Shown here one piece after another: positions 27,159 through 36,428 of a stretch of DNA of 57,427 nucleotides (positions within the stretch are counted from its first letter, which is position 1; every line of letters starts with the position of its first letter). The translations under genes and the position numbers were made by a program. The stretch spans positions 1-57,427 of the forward strand of contig CAVIES010000001.1 in assembly GCA_963641675.1 (NCBI GenBank), read 5' to 3'. The stretch comes from Anaerovoracaceae bacterium (GTDB lineage: Bacteria > Actinomycetota > Coriobacteriia > Coriobacteriales > Atopobiaceae). The notes under the pieces were generated by a model, which had not been told where the DNA came from, searched no databases, and saw only the letters and a list, made by a program, of their open reading frames with translations.

Positions 27159-27833
27159 CTACTTGTTTTTCAACTCGGCATACGCATCATTGAGGCGTTG
27201 CCACATAACTGTCTTGCCGTTCAAGTGGCGCTTCGCTGAGTCAGAGAGCTCTGTGGCTCCTGACTTGGCACGCTCCAGTTTGGCCAGCTCTTCCTTGAGC
27301 AGACGCTCAGCCGCCTGACGTCGTATCTCCGAATAGCGGAGGTGGACACCAGGGGTGTTGCGGATCTCCTCAATGTACTCTGCGGTCTTGCGATTCCAGT
27401 ACTCTTTCTTCCGCTCAATGAACGCCGCCTTCTCCTCAACGGTAAGGCGAGGTTCACCAACTCGGGCTCTCCGCAGCTCTTCAGTGAGAATAGCGGCAGT
27501 GATCCTGATAAGGCGGCGGTGAGCACAGTCGGAGCGCATCTCCGCAGTGCGGACCACACTGGGGGCGTCTCTGCGCTGTTCCTCAACAATGGCTTCCCGA
27601 CGCTTGTCGATAGTGTCAAGGAGGTCCAGCACCTTGATCGCCCCAGTCGGCTGGCGAGCAATGTCCACGAGCTCTCGCAGGCACACCCGCTTGCCGTTGA
27701 ACCACGAGCGGTTGCGGTAGATGCCCTTGATGTACGCACGGATACGCTCGGTGCGCGCCTTCCCGTAATTACGGTCAAGGAGCATCACCACTGCCGCCTT
27801 GAGCAAGTCACGATTGTATACCAGTGTGTTCAT
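27159..27833 (-). CDS. Hypothetical basic helical protein
   Basis: 224-aa ORF with AGGAGG RBS and an upstream TATAAT. Confidence 0.65.
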   Translation of the reverse strand: MNTLVYNRDLLKAAVVMLLDRNYGKARTERIRAYIKGIYRNRSWFNGKRVCLRELVDIARQPTGAIKVLDLLDTIDKRREAIVEEQRRDAPSVVRTAEMRSDCAHRRLIRITAAILTEELRRARVGEPRLTVEEKAAFIERKKEYWNRKTAEYIEEIRNTPGVHLRYSEIRRQAAERLLKEELAKLERAKSGATELSDSAKRHLNGKTVMWQRLNDAYAELKNK

Positions 27834-27919
27834 CCTACCCTCCTATGTGAATACTCATTATACAGGTGATAAGGTTTCACACACTTTAGTAATATTTTCC
27901 GTGACTTTTCTACAACACT

Positions 27920-29794
27920 TTACTTCGCATCCCCATAAGTCTTGCCGATATCCGCCTCGCAACTCACAGGCAAACCCTTGCACCACTTCAGAGGAGTCTT
28001 CATGGTCTTCTCCATGAGAGCCTTGGTCTCCAGTGCCTCGTCCTCAGGTACCACGACAACCACTTCATCGTGCACCATGTTTACGATGCGTCGGATCTTC
28101 CCGTCCTTCTTCTCGGCACACCTACGCTCAAGCCAGTGGCTGATGGCAACCATCTGATAGCTAACAATGATTCGTGCTAAAGCTTGAATGATGTTCTCGG
28201 TGAGCGCCCCACCGTATAGACGTGCCCTGATGCCCTTCCGCTTCTGATATGAGTACTCGTTGCCATACTGACCTTGCTCTGCCTCCATGCCGGAGTACCA
28301 GAGCTTCAAGCCGTTCGGGAGTCCTATGGATCGCTCCTTGCCGTTCACAATGAGCGGACACCCTACGCCAATGACAGAGTCATAGCCTTGCCACATGCGG
28401 TCGATGGCTGTCTGGCACTGCTTCCACAATGCAGGGATGGCGGAGTACAGTTCTCGATACAACTTGACAATGCGTTGGCATTCCTCAAGGGGCATGTTGA
28501 CTTTAATAAACCCATTGGCTAACGTGCCTTGAAGCTTTCCCGCTCCAACACCATATCCTAGGCCAAGAATACACGTCTTACCTACATGTCGTTCCTCTGG
28601 ATGATCATGCTTGTTTATGGGCTTTCTGTAGATTTCAGAGGCAAACTTCGAGTAGATGTCCTCGTTGTTCTTGAAGCCCTGTGTAAGGTCATCCTGCCCA
28701 GCGAACCACGCCAAGGTACGCGCCTCAACCTGTGAAGAGTCACACGCCACAATGCTGTAACCCTCAGGCGCCCTCATGGAGTGGCGCAACACGCCACCAC
28801 GCGGAAGATTCTGAACATTCAATCCGCCGCCCCCCGAGAAGCGTCCTGTATTGCTTGCCCCGTAGTAGTTAAGCATGGCGGGAAGTGTCCCTCGATCAGC
28901 CACATCTATAAACGCCTGAGTACGCGTCTCCTCGATGGTGGTCTTCACGCCGAGCCGAGCCGCCGCCAGCGCCTGTATCTCTTCGTTGGGATGAGACAGC
29001 AGAGCTTGGAACCCTGGGTCCGTTTTGGCGAAGGCATAGGCTTCCTTACCTGTAGTAGGCGACACCTTGGTAGGCGGCTCCACGCCACGGTCTCGAAGCA
29101 TCTGAGCGAACTTGTCGTTGCTCATGAACACATCCCGTTCAAGCCCGCCCACATTAGCAAGCAAGCCAGCCTTGTGCGCCTTCACCTCTGCAAGGTGCTT
29201 GACGAGCAAAGGCTTGTCCAACACAATGGCAGGCTCCGTGAACATCTTAAGAGTGATGTTGATCAAAGCCGTCTCCATGAGGGGGAACTCGGGGGCAAGC
29301 TTTTTCCACAGCTGGTAAGTCAGGTTGACGTCCTGCTTGCAGTACTCCCCAAAGCGTTGCAGGTCGTCCACACTGAAGTCGGCAAGGTGCTTGCCAAGGG
29401 TGTTGTAGATCTCCGTCCCCTTGTGGCCGATGCCGAAGTACTCCGACAGGGCACGCAAGGAGCCCCCGACGAGCCCGCCCGTCTTCGCCCCGATGATAGG
29501 CCTTGACATGCTGAGGGTATCGACAAGCAGGCGAGGGTGGATGTCCAGCACCCAGCTCAGGATGGCACCATCGAAAGCCGTGTTGTGACAGATGACAACG
29601 GAGAGGTCGTGCTTGAGCAACGCCTCGCGTATCTCTGCGTTGGTGCCCGTGATCCATTCAATGGGTCCATCGTCTTCCTTCACGCACACCCCGATGATCT
29701 CGAACTGAGGGGAGCGGATGTACTCCTCCGTCGTGATCTTCGAGAGTGAGAACTCCTTAGAGTAGTAGGTTTCAAAGTCAAGAACTACGCTCAT
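27920..29794 (-). CDS. Family A DNA polymerase with 3'-5' exonuclease
   Basis: LDFETY, HNTAFD, YCKQD, TGRFSG..QNLPR, motif A DSSQVEAR, motif B RHVGKTCILGLGYG, motif C VHDE. Confidence 0.95.
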   Translation of the reverse strand: MSVVLDFETYYSKEFSLSKITTEEYIRSPQFEIIGVCVKEDDGPIEWITGTNAEIREALLKHDLSVVICHNTAFDGAILSWVLDIHPRLLVDTLSMSRPIIGAKTGGLVGGSLRALSEYFGIGHKGTEIYNTLGKHLADFSVDDLQRFGEYCKQDVNLTYQLWKKLAPEFPLMETALINITLKMFTEPAIVLDKPLLVKHLAEVKAHKAGLLANVGGLERDVFMSNDKFAQMLRDRGVEPPTKVSPTTGKEAYAFAKTDPGFQALLSHPNEEIQALAAARLGVKTTIEETRTQAFIDVADRGTLPAMLNYYGASNTGRFSGGGGLNVQNLPRGGVLRHSMRAPEGYSIVACDSSQVEARTLAWFAGQDDLTQGFKNNEDIYSKFASEIYRKPINKHDHPEERHVGKTCILGLGYGVGAGKLQGTLANGFIKVNMPLEECQRIVKLYRELYSAIPALWKQCQTAIDRMWQGYDSVIGVGCPLIVNGKERSIGLPNGLKLWYSGMEAEQGQYGNEYSYQKRKGIRARLYGGALTENIIQALARIIVSYQMVAISHWLERRCAEKKDGKIRRIVNMVHDEVVVVVPEDEALETKALMEKTMKTPLKWCKGLPVSCEADIGKTYGDAK

Positions 29795-30015
29795 TTGTTT
29801 AATTCCTTCTCAAAAATGACATCAATGACATACTCTTTAGCCTTCTTGCACTTGCGGAAGCGGCGAAGCACTGAGGTAACCCCCACGCACCTGCCGTCCA
29901 CCTTTGGTGCGAAATACACTTCAAAATCGTCGCCGCTGTAGACGAAGTAGTAGCCATCAGGCCGCTCCAACTCCCAGCGTTTGGAGAACTTGTTCCAATG
30001 CCACTTCAGTATCAT
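29791..30015 (-). CDS. Small beta-alpha protein ending FEKELNK
   Basis: GGAG RBS; ATGA coupling to pol; member of the small-protein array. Confidence 0.7.
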   Translation of the reverse strand: MILKWHWNKFSKRWELERPDGYYFVYSGDDFEVYFAPKVDGRCVGVTSVLRRFRKCKKAKEYVIDVIFEKELNK

Positions 30016-30024
30016 GCTTATCTC

Positions 30025-31062
30025 CTAAGGGGTAACCCAACAGCACTGTGAGCCGCCGGCATACCCCTGCATTTTGTACTCCTCTTCAGTCACGGTCAGT
30101 CCGAGCTTGAAGATTGGTTTAAGGGCGCTGAGGTACATGCCCCTGAGCTTTGGCAGGAGGCGCCGCATAGCCCGCTGACTGCTGGTGTAGTCATCGTCGT
30201 AGCAGTTCCTCTTTGCGTTCTCAGGCTCAGTGAGGATCATATCCACCACTGCCTCAGGGGTCTCCCAAAACAGCTTTCGGAATGGTGTCTTGAAGCGGGT
30301 AAGCATGTGGGGGTTGCAGTAAGTCAGTGTGTTCAATGCCATGAAGTAGTTAGCGCGCCGCAACTGTTCGGGAATGGGCAGAGCCTCATGGAACAGGCGT
30401 CCGTAGTACTCCCTGTTGAGCTCAGTGTTCACACCCTTAGGAATGGACTCAGGCTCAATCAAGCAAGTCATGAACAGCTGACGAACTCCCTCCTTAGCGC
30501 TGTCGAAAGAGGAGTACTTGCCGTAGTAGTACACACTGCACCCTGCCACGACGTCGAGGACGAAGCTATCGCTCCCCATCTTGCGTATGATCGCTCGTGG
30601 TGGGTTGGTAGAGAACGTTTTTCCGTCGACTGACACGCACAGCGTTCTGCCTGAGCTCCCCTTCGTGTCGAAGAAAGGGACAACCCAGTGCTTCTGCACA
30701 TCCCCACGGTTGGCTACATAGTATGTCGGGCGAGCGTGCTTACTAAGGATGAGCTTGTCACCATGGAGCCGCTCCAGTTTGACATACTCTGTGCGACGCT
30801 GAATCCGCGACGGGCTAAGAGTACCCGCCGCCACAGCAGAGCAGTAGGACATACCGCAGTCAATGATAACGAACGCTTGCCGATAGGCGCCGTACTTGTA
30901 GTATGCTGGATCCCACCCACCAGTGAATGTAGTGTTCAGTGCGCACCCGCTGGGGTACACATCCCATGGGTCTGGTGTCCCCTCCTTGAGATTGAAGACA
31001 CTATCCTCCTCGTTGCTTTTGTCTCCACGATAATAAGAATACTCTTGCCATCTTGTTGCCAT
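30025..31062 (-). CDS. Hypothetical 345-aa protein with internal GKYSSFDSAK motif
   Basis: Long ORF with TAAGGAA RBS; internal motif resembles that of the neighbouring small proteins. Confidence 0.7.
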   Translation of the reverse strand: MATRWQEYSYYRGDKSNEEDSVFNLKEGTPDPWDVYPSGCALNTTFTGGWDPAYYKYGAYRQAFVIIDCGMSYCSAVAAGTLSPSRIQRRTEYVKLERLHGDKLILSKHARPTYYVANRGDVQKHWVVPFFDTKGSSGRTLCVSVDGKTFSTNPPRAIIRKMGSDSFVLDVVAGCSVYYYGKYSSFDSAKEGVRQLFMTCLIEPESIPKGVNTELNREYYGRLFHEALPIPEQLRRANYFMALNTLTYCNPHMLTRFKTPFRKLFWETPEAVVDMILTEPENAKRNCYDDDYTSSQRAMRRLLPKLRGMYLSALKPIFKLGLTVTEEEYKMQGYAGGSQCCWVTP

Positions 31063-31073
31063 TTTTTAGTTCC

Positions 31074-31328
31074 TTACTTTGCGAGGGCATGCTCAATAAC
31101 CGAAGCTATGAGCGCCTTCTTCGCCTTTGTTTTGTGGTAAAACTTCCCTACAACGCATAGCTTCACAGAGTTCCACGCTGTGAACTTGTCCGCTCGAGTT
31201 GCTTTGGAGATGAACCCCCACGGGAAGTCAGTCACTTCCTTGCCTAGTGTTGGTGACCACACGTTGCCCTGTAGTGCCATGTAGTAGGCATGGCCAGGGA
31301 TGCGCCGCTCAACCCATGTGAATGTCAT
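31074..31328 (-). CDS. Small beta-alpha protein ending IEHALAK
   Basis: ATGA-coupled start; GKFYHKTKAKKAL motif. Confidence 0.7.
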   Translation of the reverse strand: MTFTWVERRIPGHAYYMALQGNVWSPTLGKEVTDFPWGFISKATRADKFTAWNSVKLCVVGKFYHKTKAKKALIASVIEHALAK

Positions 31329-31570
31329 CTGTCAAGCTCCTTTGTTAGCAGTGCCGCCTCTATGTATTTCTTCGCCGCCTCTACTGTTGCAAAATCTCGA
31401 GGGTCACAGAACGGCAGGCCAGTGCAGTACGCAGACCACGCAAGTCTGCCGTAAGTGTTGAACTGCACTACAGCCAGCCGCTTCTTGCTACCGTCCTCAT
31501 CCAAGCAATACAGCTCACTCCAGTTTGGGGCAGAGTAGCCGTCTGGGCCATCCTCCCACCAATAGCTCAT
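31325..31570 (-). CDS. Small beta-alpha protein ending TKELDR
   Basis: ATGA-coupled; WSAY..FATVEAAKKYIE motif. Confidence 0.75.
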   Translation of the reverse strand: MSYWWEDGPDGYSAPNWSELYCLDEDGSKKRLAVVQFNTYGRLAWSAYCTGLPFCDPRDFATVEAAKKYIEAALLTKELDR

Positions 31571-31809
31571 TTGTCCAGCTCCTTCTCAAGGATGTAGGCG
31601 TCGAACACCTGCTGAGCCTCCTTCAGGGTCTCGTAGTAGTTCACATAGATGCACTCTCCCAGACTCGTGACCCGAAGCTTCCAAGGGAGGCCGGGGATGT
31701 CCTCGCTCGTGGTTGCACGAGCAGAATAGATCTTGTGTGAGGTGAGCATGTCAGTGCCTGTGTTGCCGTCTGACATGTCCCTCCACACGCCTTCGGAAGA
31801 CTCTTTCAT
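31567..31809 (-). CDS. Small beta-alpha protein ending EKELDK
   Basis: ATGA-coupled; WKLRV..YETLKEAQQVFD motif. Confidence 0.75.
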   Translation of the reverse strand: MKESSEGVWRDMSDGNTGTDMLTSHKIYSARATTSEDIPGLPWKLRVTSLGECIYVNYYETLKEAQQVFDAYILEKELDK

Positions 31810-32087
31810 TTGTCCAACTCCCTTTCAACCATCTCGATCCAGTGCCGCTTGGCGTTTTTGAACGCCTCCTGCTTCGTCTTATGGCGGCTTATAAGCTGTG
31901 GGCCGATGTAGAAGAGCCAGTAGTACCCCGGATGGCTCCACAACCCCACGTACTCACGGTGGAGGCAGAACCCCGAGGGCATGTTCTCCGTCCAATAGAT
32001 GTAGTCCGTAGGACGAGAGCCACTGGCGTCCCTGTATACCTCCCACTCGAGGCCAACGATCTTGACTCGTTCTCTCTCTTCAGTCAT
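31806..32087 (-). CDS. Small beta-alpha protein ending ERELDK
   Basis: Start re-set to ATG 32087 (ATGA overlap); HKTKQEAFKNA motif. Confidence 0.75.
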   Translation of the reverse strand: MTEERERVKIVGLEWEVYRDASGSRPTDYIYWTENMPSGFCLHREYVGLWSHPGYYWLFYIGPQLISRHKTKQEAFKNAKRHWIEMVERELDK

Positions 32088-32353
32088 TTGCCTAACTCCC
32101 AAGTGATGCGGAACTCCTCTGCCGCCTTGAAGGCGTCCTCGGTGTTCTTGTACTTGCCTACTAGGTTCTGCGTGTGCTCACCCATCGCTACATGGGTGAG
32201 CCAGATGGGGGTACCGCCCCAACGCTCACGCTCCTCGATGATCAAGTACTCACCTGCCAATGTGTCGAGCCAGTGCCAGTACTCGAGCTTCTTGGGCTCG
32301 CGAGTGGTATTCCACACGAGCCCGCACTTCTCGAACTTCATGTAGGCCATCAC
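32084..32353 (-). CDS. Small beta-alpha protein ending TWELGK
   Basis: Coupled to the VWA gene stop; GKYKNTEDAFKAAEE motif. Confidence 0.75.
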   Translation of the reverse strand: MMAYMKFEKCGLVWNTTREPKKLEYWHWLDTLAGEYLIIEERERWGGTPIWLTHVAMGEHTQNLVGKYKNTEDAFKAAEEFRITWELGK

Positions 32354-33495
32354 TCCTCCTTGTAGTCAGTGATGACCATGCCTGGGACGTTGGGTTCGTT
32401 CTCGAGAGCCTCCGTGGAACACACCCACACGAGTGGGTATTGGCACTCGTCAGGGTCGGGGAGGGGGGTGTACCCATCAGTGAAGATGACGATGCAGTCG
32501 GGCTCGGCGTTCTCGTTCGCCCACCGCACAATCTCGCCCATGTTCGTGCCGCCCCCGCCCACAACGGGACGGGACACGATGGGGAACTCGTCGGGCGTGA
32601 ACTCCTCGACCTTGTGCACCTTGCTGTCGCAGTACACCACTGTGACACTTGTCGGATGGCACTGCTCGAACAAGGCGTTCAAGTGTCCAAAGTACTTCTT
32701 CAGCTCCTCCTCATCAATAGAGCCAGAGGTGTCCACGCCGACGATGATAGGCCCCATGCTGGGCATCCTTTCACGGCGAGGCAGATAAGCCTTGCGAAGA
32801 TAGCGGCGATTGGGGTGGTTCCACGACTGGTGCTGTTGTGCCCTGCCAGTGAAGAAGCGCTCCAGTACTGTGTGCCATGGCACCTTGGAATCGAGGAACC
32901 CATCGATGACCTTCTCCATGTTGGCGCTGAGCGAGCCGCACATCTTGGCGGCAGTGGCCGCCGCTGCTAACTCAGCCTTGGCATCAGCAACCATCTGCTT
33001 CACTTCATCGGGCGTAGGCTGACTACCCTCAGCGTCGTCGTGGCAGAGGTCATCCATGTTGAGACTGTACTGTTGGCCGTTCTCCTCCCGCTCATGCCAG
33101 AGCTTCTCGTACAACTGCTCTGAGCTCAGCTCGGATGCGCCCTTGATCATCACACATCCATCGATGGGTTTGGCATCACCTTGCATTTCATCAGCGAGGA
33201 TCTCATTGATGATGGCGTCGTTGGCAATGTTCCACACCTCAGGATCTCTGTCCCCACGTCTTGCCAGATGAGCGAAGGCATTGTGCATCACCTCATGGGC
33301 GAGGACGAACACAGCCTCAGGCATGGAGAGGCTCTCGGAGAACTCACGGTTGTACATGATCTCCCCCCGCATGTTCACTGCGGCAGTGGGCACCTTGTCA
33401 GTCTCACGCATTGGGTGGCGAAGCAACAGCGATCCGAAGAAAGGAGCAACCACCATGAGCCGCGTACGGGCTCGTTCCAAAACAGTTTCTTTCAT
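32350..33495 (-). CDS. DUF2201-type protein: N-terminal HExxH metallopeptidase plus C-terminal VWA domain
   Basis: PTAAV, VLAHEVMH, WNIAND..IN, MIDAS DTSGS, GGGGT, FTDGY. Confidence 0.9.
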   Translation of the reverse strand: MKETVLERARTRLMVVAPFFGSLLLRHPMRETDKVPTAAVNMRGEIMYNREFSESLSMPEAVFVLAHEVMHNAFAHLARRGDRDPEVWNIANDAIINEILADEMQGDAKPIDGCVMIKGASELSSEQLYEKLWHEREENGQQYSLNMDDLCHDDAEGSQPTPDEVKQMVADAKAELAAAATAAKMCGSLSANMEKVIDGFLDSKVPWHTVLERFFTGRAQQHQSWNHPNRRYLRKAYLPRRERMPSMGPIIVGVDTSGSIDEEELKKYFGHLNALFEQCHPTSVTVVYCDSKVHKVEEFTPDEFPIVSRPVVGGGGTNMGEIVRWANENAEPDCIVIFTDGYTPLPDPDECQYPLVWVCSTEALENEPNVPGMVITDYKEE

Positions 33496-33767
33496 TTGTC
33501 AAGTTCCTTATTTAATGCAATGGGCAGGAGTTCTTTTGCAAGCCACTCCTGCTGTTCATCGATGAGGTCATTGGTGATGGCTGAGTAAATGATGTCAGCC
33601 TCCCGCCATCCACCAACGTAGTCGAGGAGGGTTCCCGCGAGGTCACACAGTGCCTCGCGTTCCTCCTCCGGCTCCTCCCCATCTCGGAATGTCAAGCGGG
33701 TCACCTCACGGCATATTTCCTGCACTGAGGCTTCCGTTCCATCCTTGTGATAGAGAGTCATGATCAC
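33492..33767 (-). CDS. Small acidic helical protein ending NKELDK
   Basis: Overlap-coupled on both sides within the AAA/VWA module. Confidence 0.7.
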   Translation of the reverse strand: MIMTLYHKDGTEASVQEICREVTRLTFRDGEEPEEEREALCDLAGTLLDYVGGWREADIIYSAITNDLIDEQQEWLAKELLPIALNKELDK

Positions 33768-34657
33768 CTCGGCAGGTAAGCGGCAAGGTTCTTCTGCAAG
33801 GCTCTCATGGAAGACGCCACGCTGTTGCGCACGCCATCCACATCTCGCAGTGTCTGAGCGTCCACGCCACTGAGGACAGACAGCACACGATCACATGTGC
33901 TGTTTATTGTGTCGTTGTCGTTGATGTTCAACTTCTTCACCCGTGTAGCGGCGTCCTTGAGGTTGCTCACCAATGTGTCTCTGAACACTGAGCCTGCCTC
34001 ACCCACGGGGACGGACAACCTCTCTGCCATGGCTGTGATTGGTTCGAGCAACTCCTTCATGCAGTGCTCGGTGGCCATGGCTTCAGTCTCTTGGAGCTCT
34101 GCATCCAACGCCGCCTTGATGTCCTCGCTCACTTCTGTGCGGAAGTCCCCGCCGTCACTGATGGGCATGACTACCAGTCGGATGTCCCACAGGGATGCCA
34201 TGGTGTCAGCGTCGGGGTAGTCCATGGGATTGAACAGCGACCCCATCCGATTGGCATCCTCCTGCACTGCCGCGTCCCAGTTGTCATGCAGGCGAGACAC
34301 GAGTGCCATGCAGTTCTCCTTGAGGCGAGTGACTTCGGCAGTGAAGTCAAGGAGCTCAGCCGATGGGATGATGCGAGCACCATCACTCATCCAAGGGAGG
34401 GAGTGATCCTTGTAGTACTCGTACACCTTGTAGAAAGCCTGCTGAACTTCCTTTAAGTCCTTGTTCCCCTTGAGCAACGTCTTGTTATAGCGCCCCACCT
34501 TGGTAACGCCAGCACTCGCCTCGAGGGTTTCGGTTGCACTCTTGTCGAACGCACGAGCCTGCCACATGTTGCGGCGCATCTGCACGAGGACGCAACGATC
34601 TTTGAGAGAAGGGAGAGATTTAATTTCACACATTTGAGTTACCTTTAACACTTTCAA
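33764..34657 (-). CDS. Conserved helical phage protein (DUF3150-like)
   Basis: SLPW..GARIIP, LFNPMDYP, FRDTLVSN; lies between the AAA and VWA genes. Confidence 0.65.
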   Translation of the reverse strand: MKVLKVTQMCEIKSLPSLKDRCVLVQMRRNMWQARAFDKSATETLEASAGVTKVGRYNKTLLKGNKDLKEVQQAFYKVYEYYKDHSLPWMSDGARIIPSAELLDFTAEVTRLKENCMALVSRLHDNWDAAVQEDANRMGSLFNPMDYPDADTMASLWDIRLVVMPISDGGDFRTEVSEDIKAALDAELQETEAMATEHCMKELLEPITAMAERLSVPVGEAGSVFRDTLVSNLKDAATRVKKLNINDNDTINSTCDRVLSVLSGVDAQTLRDVDGVRNSVASSMRALQKNLAAYLPR

Positions 34658-34660
34658 AAT

Positions 34661-34683
34661 GGGCAGGGGTTGCCCCCCGCCCG
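34661..34683 (-). terminator. GC hairpin with GCAA loop after the AAA gene (weak terminator or processing site)
   Basis: GGGCGGGG(G)-GCAA-CCCCTGCCC then ATTTT on the - strand. Confidence 0.5.
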
Positions 34684-34689
34684 AGAGAA

Positions 34690-35724
34690 CTACTTGAGAT
34701 CACCGAGGATGTACTTGGCATTGGCAAGCATGCGATCCCTGTAGGATGCAAGCTTCACCACTGCCGCCTTGCCCTTGGCTTTCTTGATTGTCTTCAAGAT
34801 GAGCACCTCGAACTCAGGCTTGAGGCGGGCGGAGTACTTGAAGAAGTTCCCTGCTGACTTCCCATCAATGTCCTCGCTGATGCGGATGCACAAGGCATAC
34901 AGCGTTGCAGGATCCGTAGGGATCTCAGCATGCATAGGATCCTTCTTCACCTTGTCATAGTCAGGCAGGTTGTTCATGATCTGCAGGAACCCTGTGAACT
35001 CAGCCGCCGCACCTTCACCAACTGCACCCGCCACATGCTCACGGTACACAGTCTTGGCAAGCGTCATAGGGATGCGGCTCACGTCTTCCCATGAGCGAGG
35101 CGTGGGGTTGCATGAGCGGCTTGGATCGAAGTCACTCAGGAGGTTGGGCTTCCACGAGAGGAAGCCCACGATGGCAGGGTTAATGTTGTTGTCTTGCGCC
35201 CACGCCACCCAGTCAGGCAGGTTCTCATCGAACTGCAGGGTTCTCATGCGGTTGGCAAGCTTGGTGCTGAGGCGAGAGGCGCCTGACTTATCCTCGGTTC
35301 GGTTGCCCGACGCGATGATGTAGAGCTCCTCGGTAAGAGGCATCTGCCCTGCATGTCGGTCGAGGATGATGCGGCACAAGGGGTTCTGCATATCCATTGT
35401 GGCGTCAGACAGTTCTTCGATGATGAGCACGGCGGGGCCAGTCCCCTTTCGGATGTCATAGAACTCCTTCGGCGGCACCCAACGTGAGCACTCTCCACTG
35501 AGGTCAGGCAGTCCGAGGATGTCTGAGGGTTCCCGCAATGAGGGGTTGAACTCAATGATGCGATCCTCTTCGATGCCATGCTCCTTGGCGAGTTCGTTGG
35601 CAATGGCACGAGCACACGAGGACTTCCCGCCGCCAGGCTTCCCGACGATGAACGGGACGAACTTGTTGCCACCTTCGATGGCAAACTGTGCGAGGACAGA
35701 CGCTTTGATATCAGAATACTTCAT
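34690..35724 (-). CDS. AAA+ ATPase (MoxR/dynein-related)
   Basis: Walker A GKPGGGKS, DILGLP, Walker B LIIEEL, ASGNR.ED, LANR, PTPRSWE. Confidence 0.9.
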   Translation of the reverse strand: MKYSDIKASVLAQFAIEGGNKFVPFIVGKPGGGKSSCARAIANELAKEHGIEEDRIIEFNPSLREPSDILGLPDLSGECSRWVPPKEFYDIRKGTGPAVLIIEELSDATMDMQNPLCRIILDRHAGQMPLTEELYIIASGNRTEDKSGASRLSTKLANRMRTLQFDENLPDWVAWAQDNNINPAIVGFLSWKPNLLSDFDPSRSCNPTPRSWEDVSRIPMTLAKTVYREHVAGAVGEGAAAEFTGFLQIMNNLPDYDKVKKDPMHAEIPTDPATLYALCIRISEDIDGKSAGNFFKYSARLKPEFEVLILKTIKKAKGKAAVVKLASYRDRMLANAKYILGDLK

Positions 35725-35805
35725 ATGTTTAAGTTCCTTTACAACTTCAGTTATACACGTGGTAAGGCAATACTACACAGCCATTACACATGTGGTAAGT
35801 GGGGA

Positions 35806-35895
35806 TTACCCCAGTCCGCCTAGGGCAATGAATGAGATGGCGGCAAGCTCAGCGGCGAGCACAGCCCACAGCAGTACGGTCACAGCACTCTGCAT
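35806..35895 (-). CDS. 29-aa single-TM peptide MQSAVTVLLWAVLAAELAAISFIALGGLG
   Basis: Translated by hand (below ORF-track cutoff); GGAGTGAGG RBS. Confidence 0.5.
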   Translation of the reverse strand: MQSAVTVLLWAVLAAELAAISFIALGGLG

Positions 35896-35903
35896 GATAG
35901 GCC

Positions 35904-36020
35904 TCACTCCACCCACCAAAGGCATATGCCGAACCATGCCAGTGCGAGCCATGCTAGGGCGCAGACGAACTGGAGGAGGGGGGACACATACTGTGCCCAG
36001 ATGTACTCACGCATTGTCAT
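35904..36020 (-). CDS. 38-aa single-TM peptide MTMREYIWAQYVSPLLQFVCALAWLALAWFGICLWWVE
   Basis: Translated by hand; AAGGAGG RBS and ATGA overlap with the upstream gene. Confidence 0.6.
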   Translation of the reverse strand: MTMREYIWAQYVSPLLQFVCALAWLALAWFGICLWWVE

Positions 36021-36409
36021 GCTTCCTCCTTAGGTGCGTTGATCTTCTCCGCCCACGCCTCACGGGCGCCCATCTTGGCAACGTACCTAGCCCACGCCTC
36101 GGCAAGCCTGCCGTCAAGCTCGAGGGCTTCATCGGCCTTCTGCTTGACCACCTCAGCCACCACCTTGTTATAGGCAGTGGGGTCGGCTTCAGCCGCGGGC
36201 TTCGCCACGTCGAGGTAGTACTGCATGAGGCTCTCGCCATCATCGTGCACCTTGGAGCCTGCAATCAAGGCAACGTCGAACAACAGCTCGGAGCGCCGCC
36301 CATAGATGGCCGCCCACTTGCCACGGAGCTTCTGCTCCTGTGCCTTGAGGCGGTTGTACTTGAGCCAGTCCTTCTCGGAGATATGGCTAGGGCACTTAGG
36401 GTAGTTCAT
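36017..36409 (-). CDS. Early hypothetical helical protein
   Basis: Start re-set to ATG 36409 behind RBS AAAGGAACTC. Confidence 0.7.
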   Translation of the reverse strand: MNYPKCPSHISEKDWLKYNRLKAQEQKLRGKWAAIYGRRSELLFDVALIAGSKVHDDGESLMQYYLDVAKPAAEADPTAYNKVVAEVVKQKADEALELDGRLAEAWARYVAKMGAREAWAEKINAPKEEA

Positions 36410-36428
36410 TTGAGTTCCTTTGGTTGGG

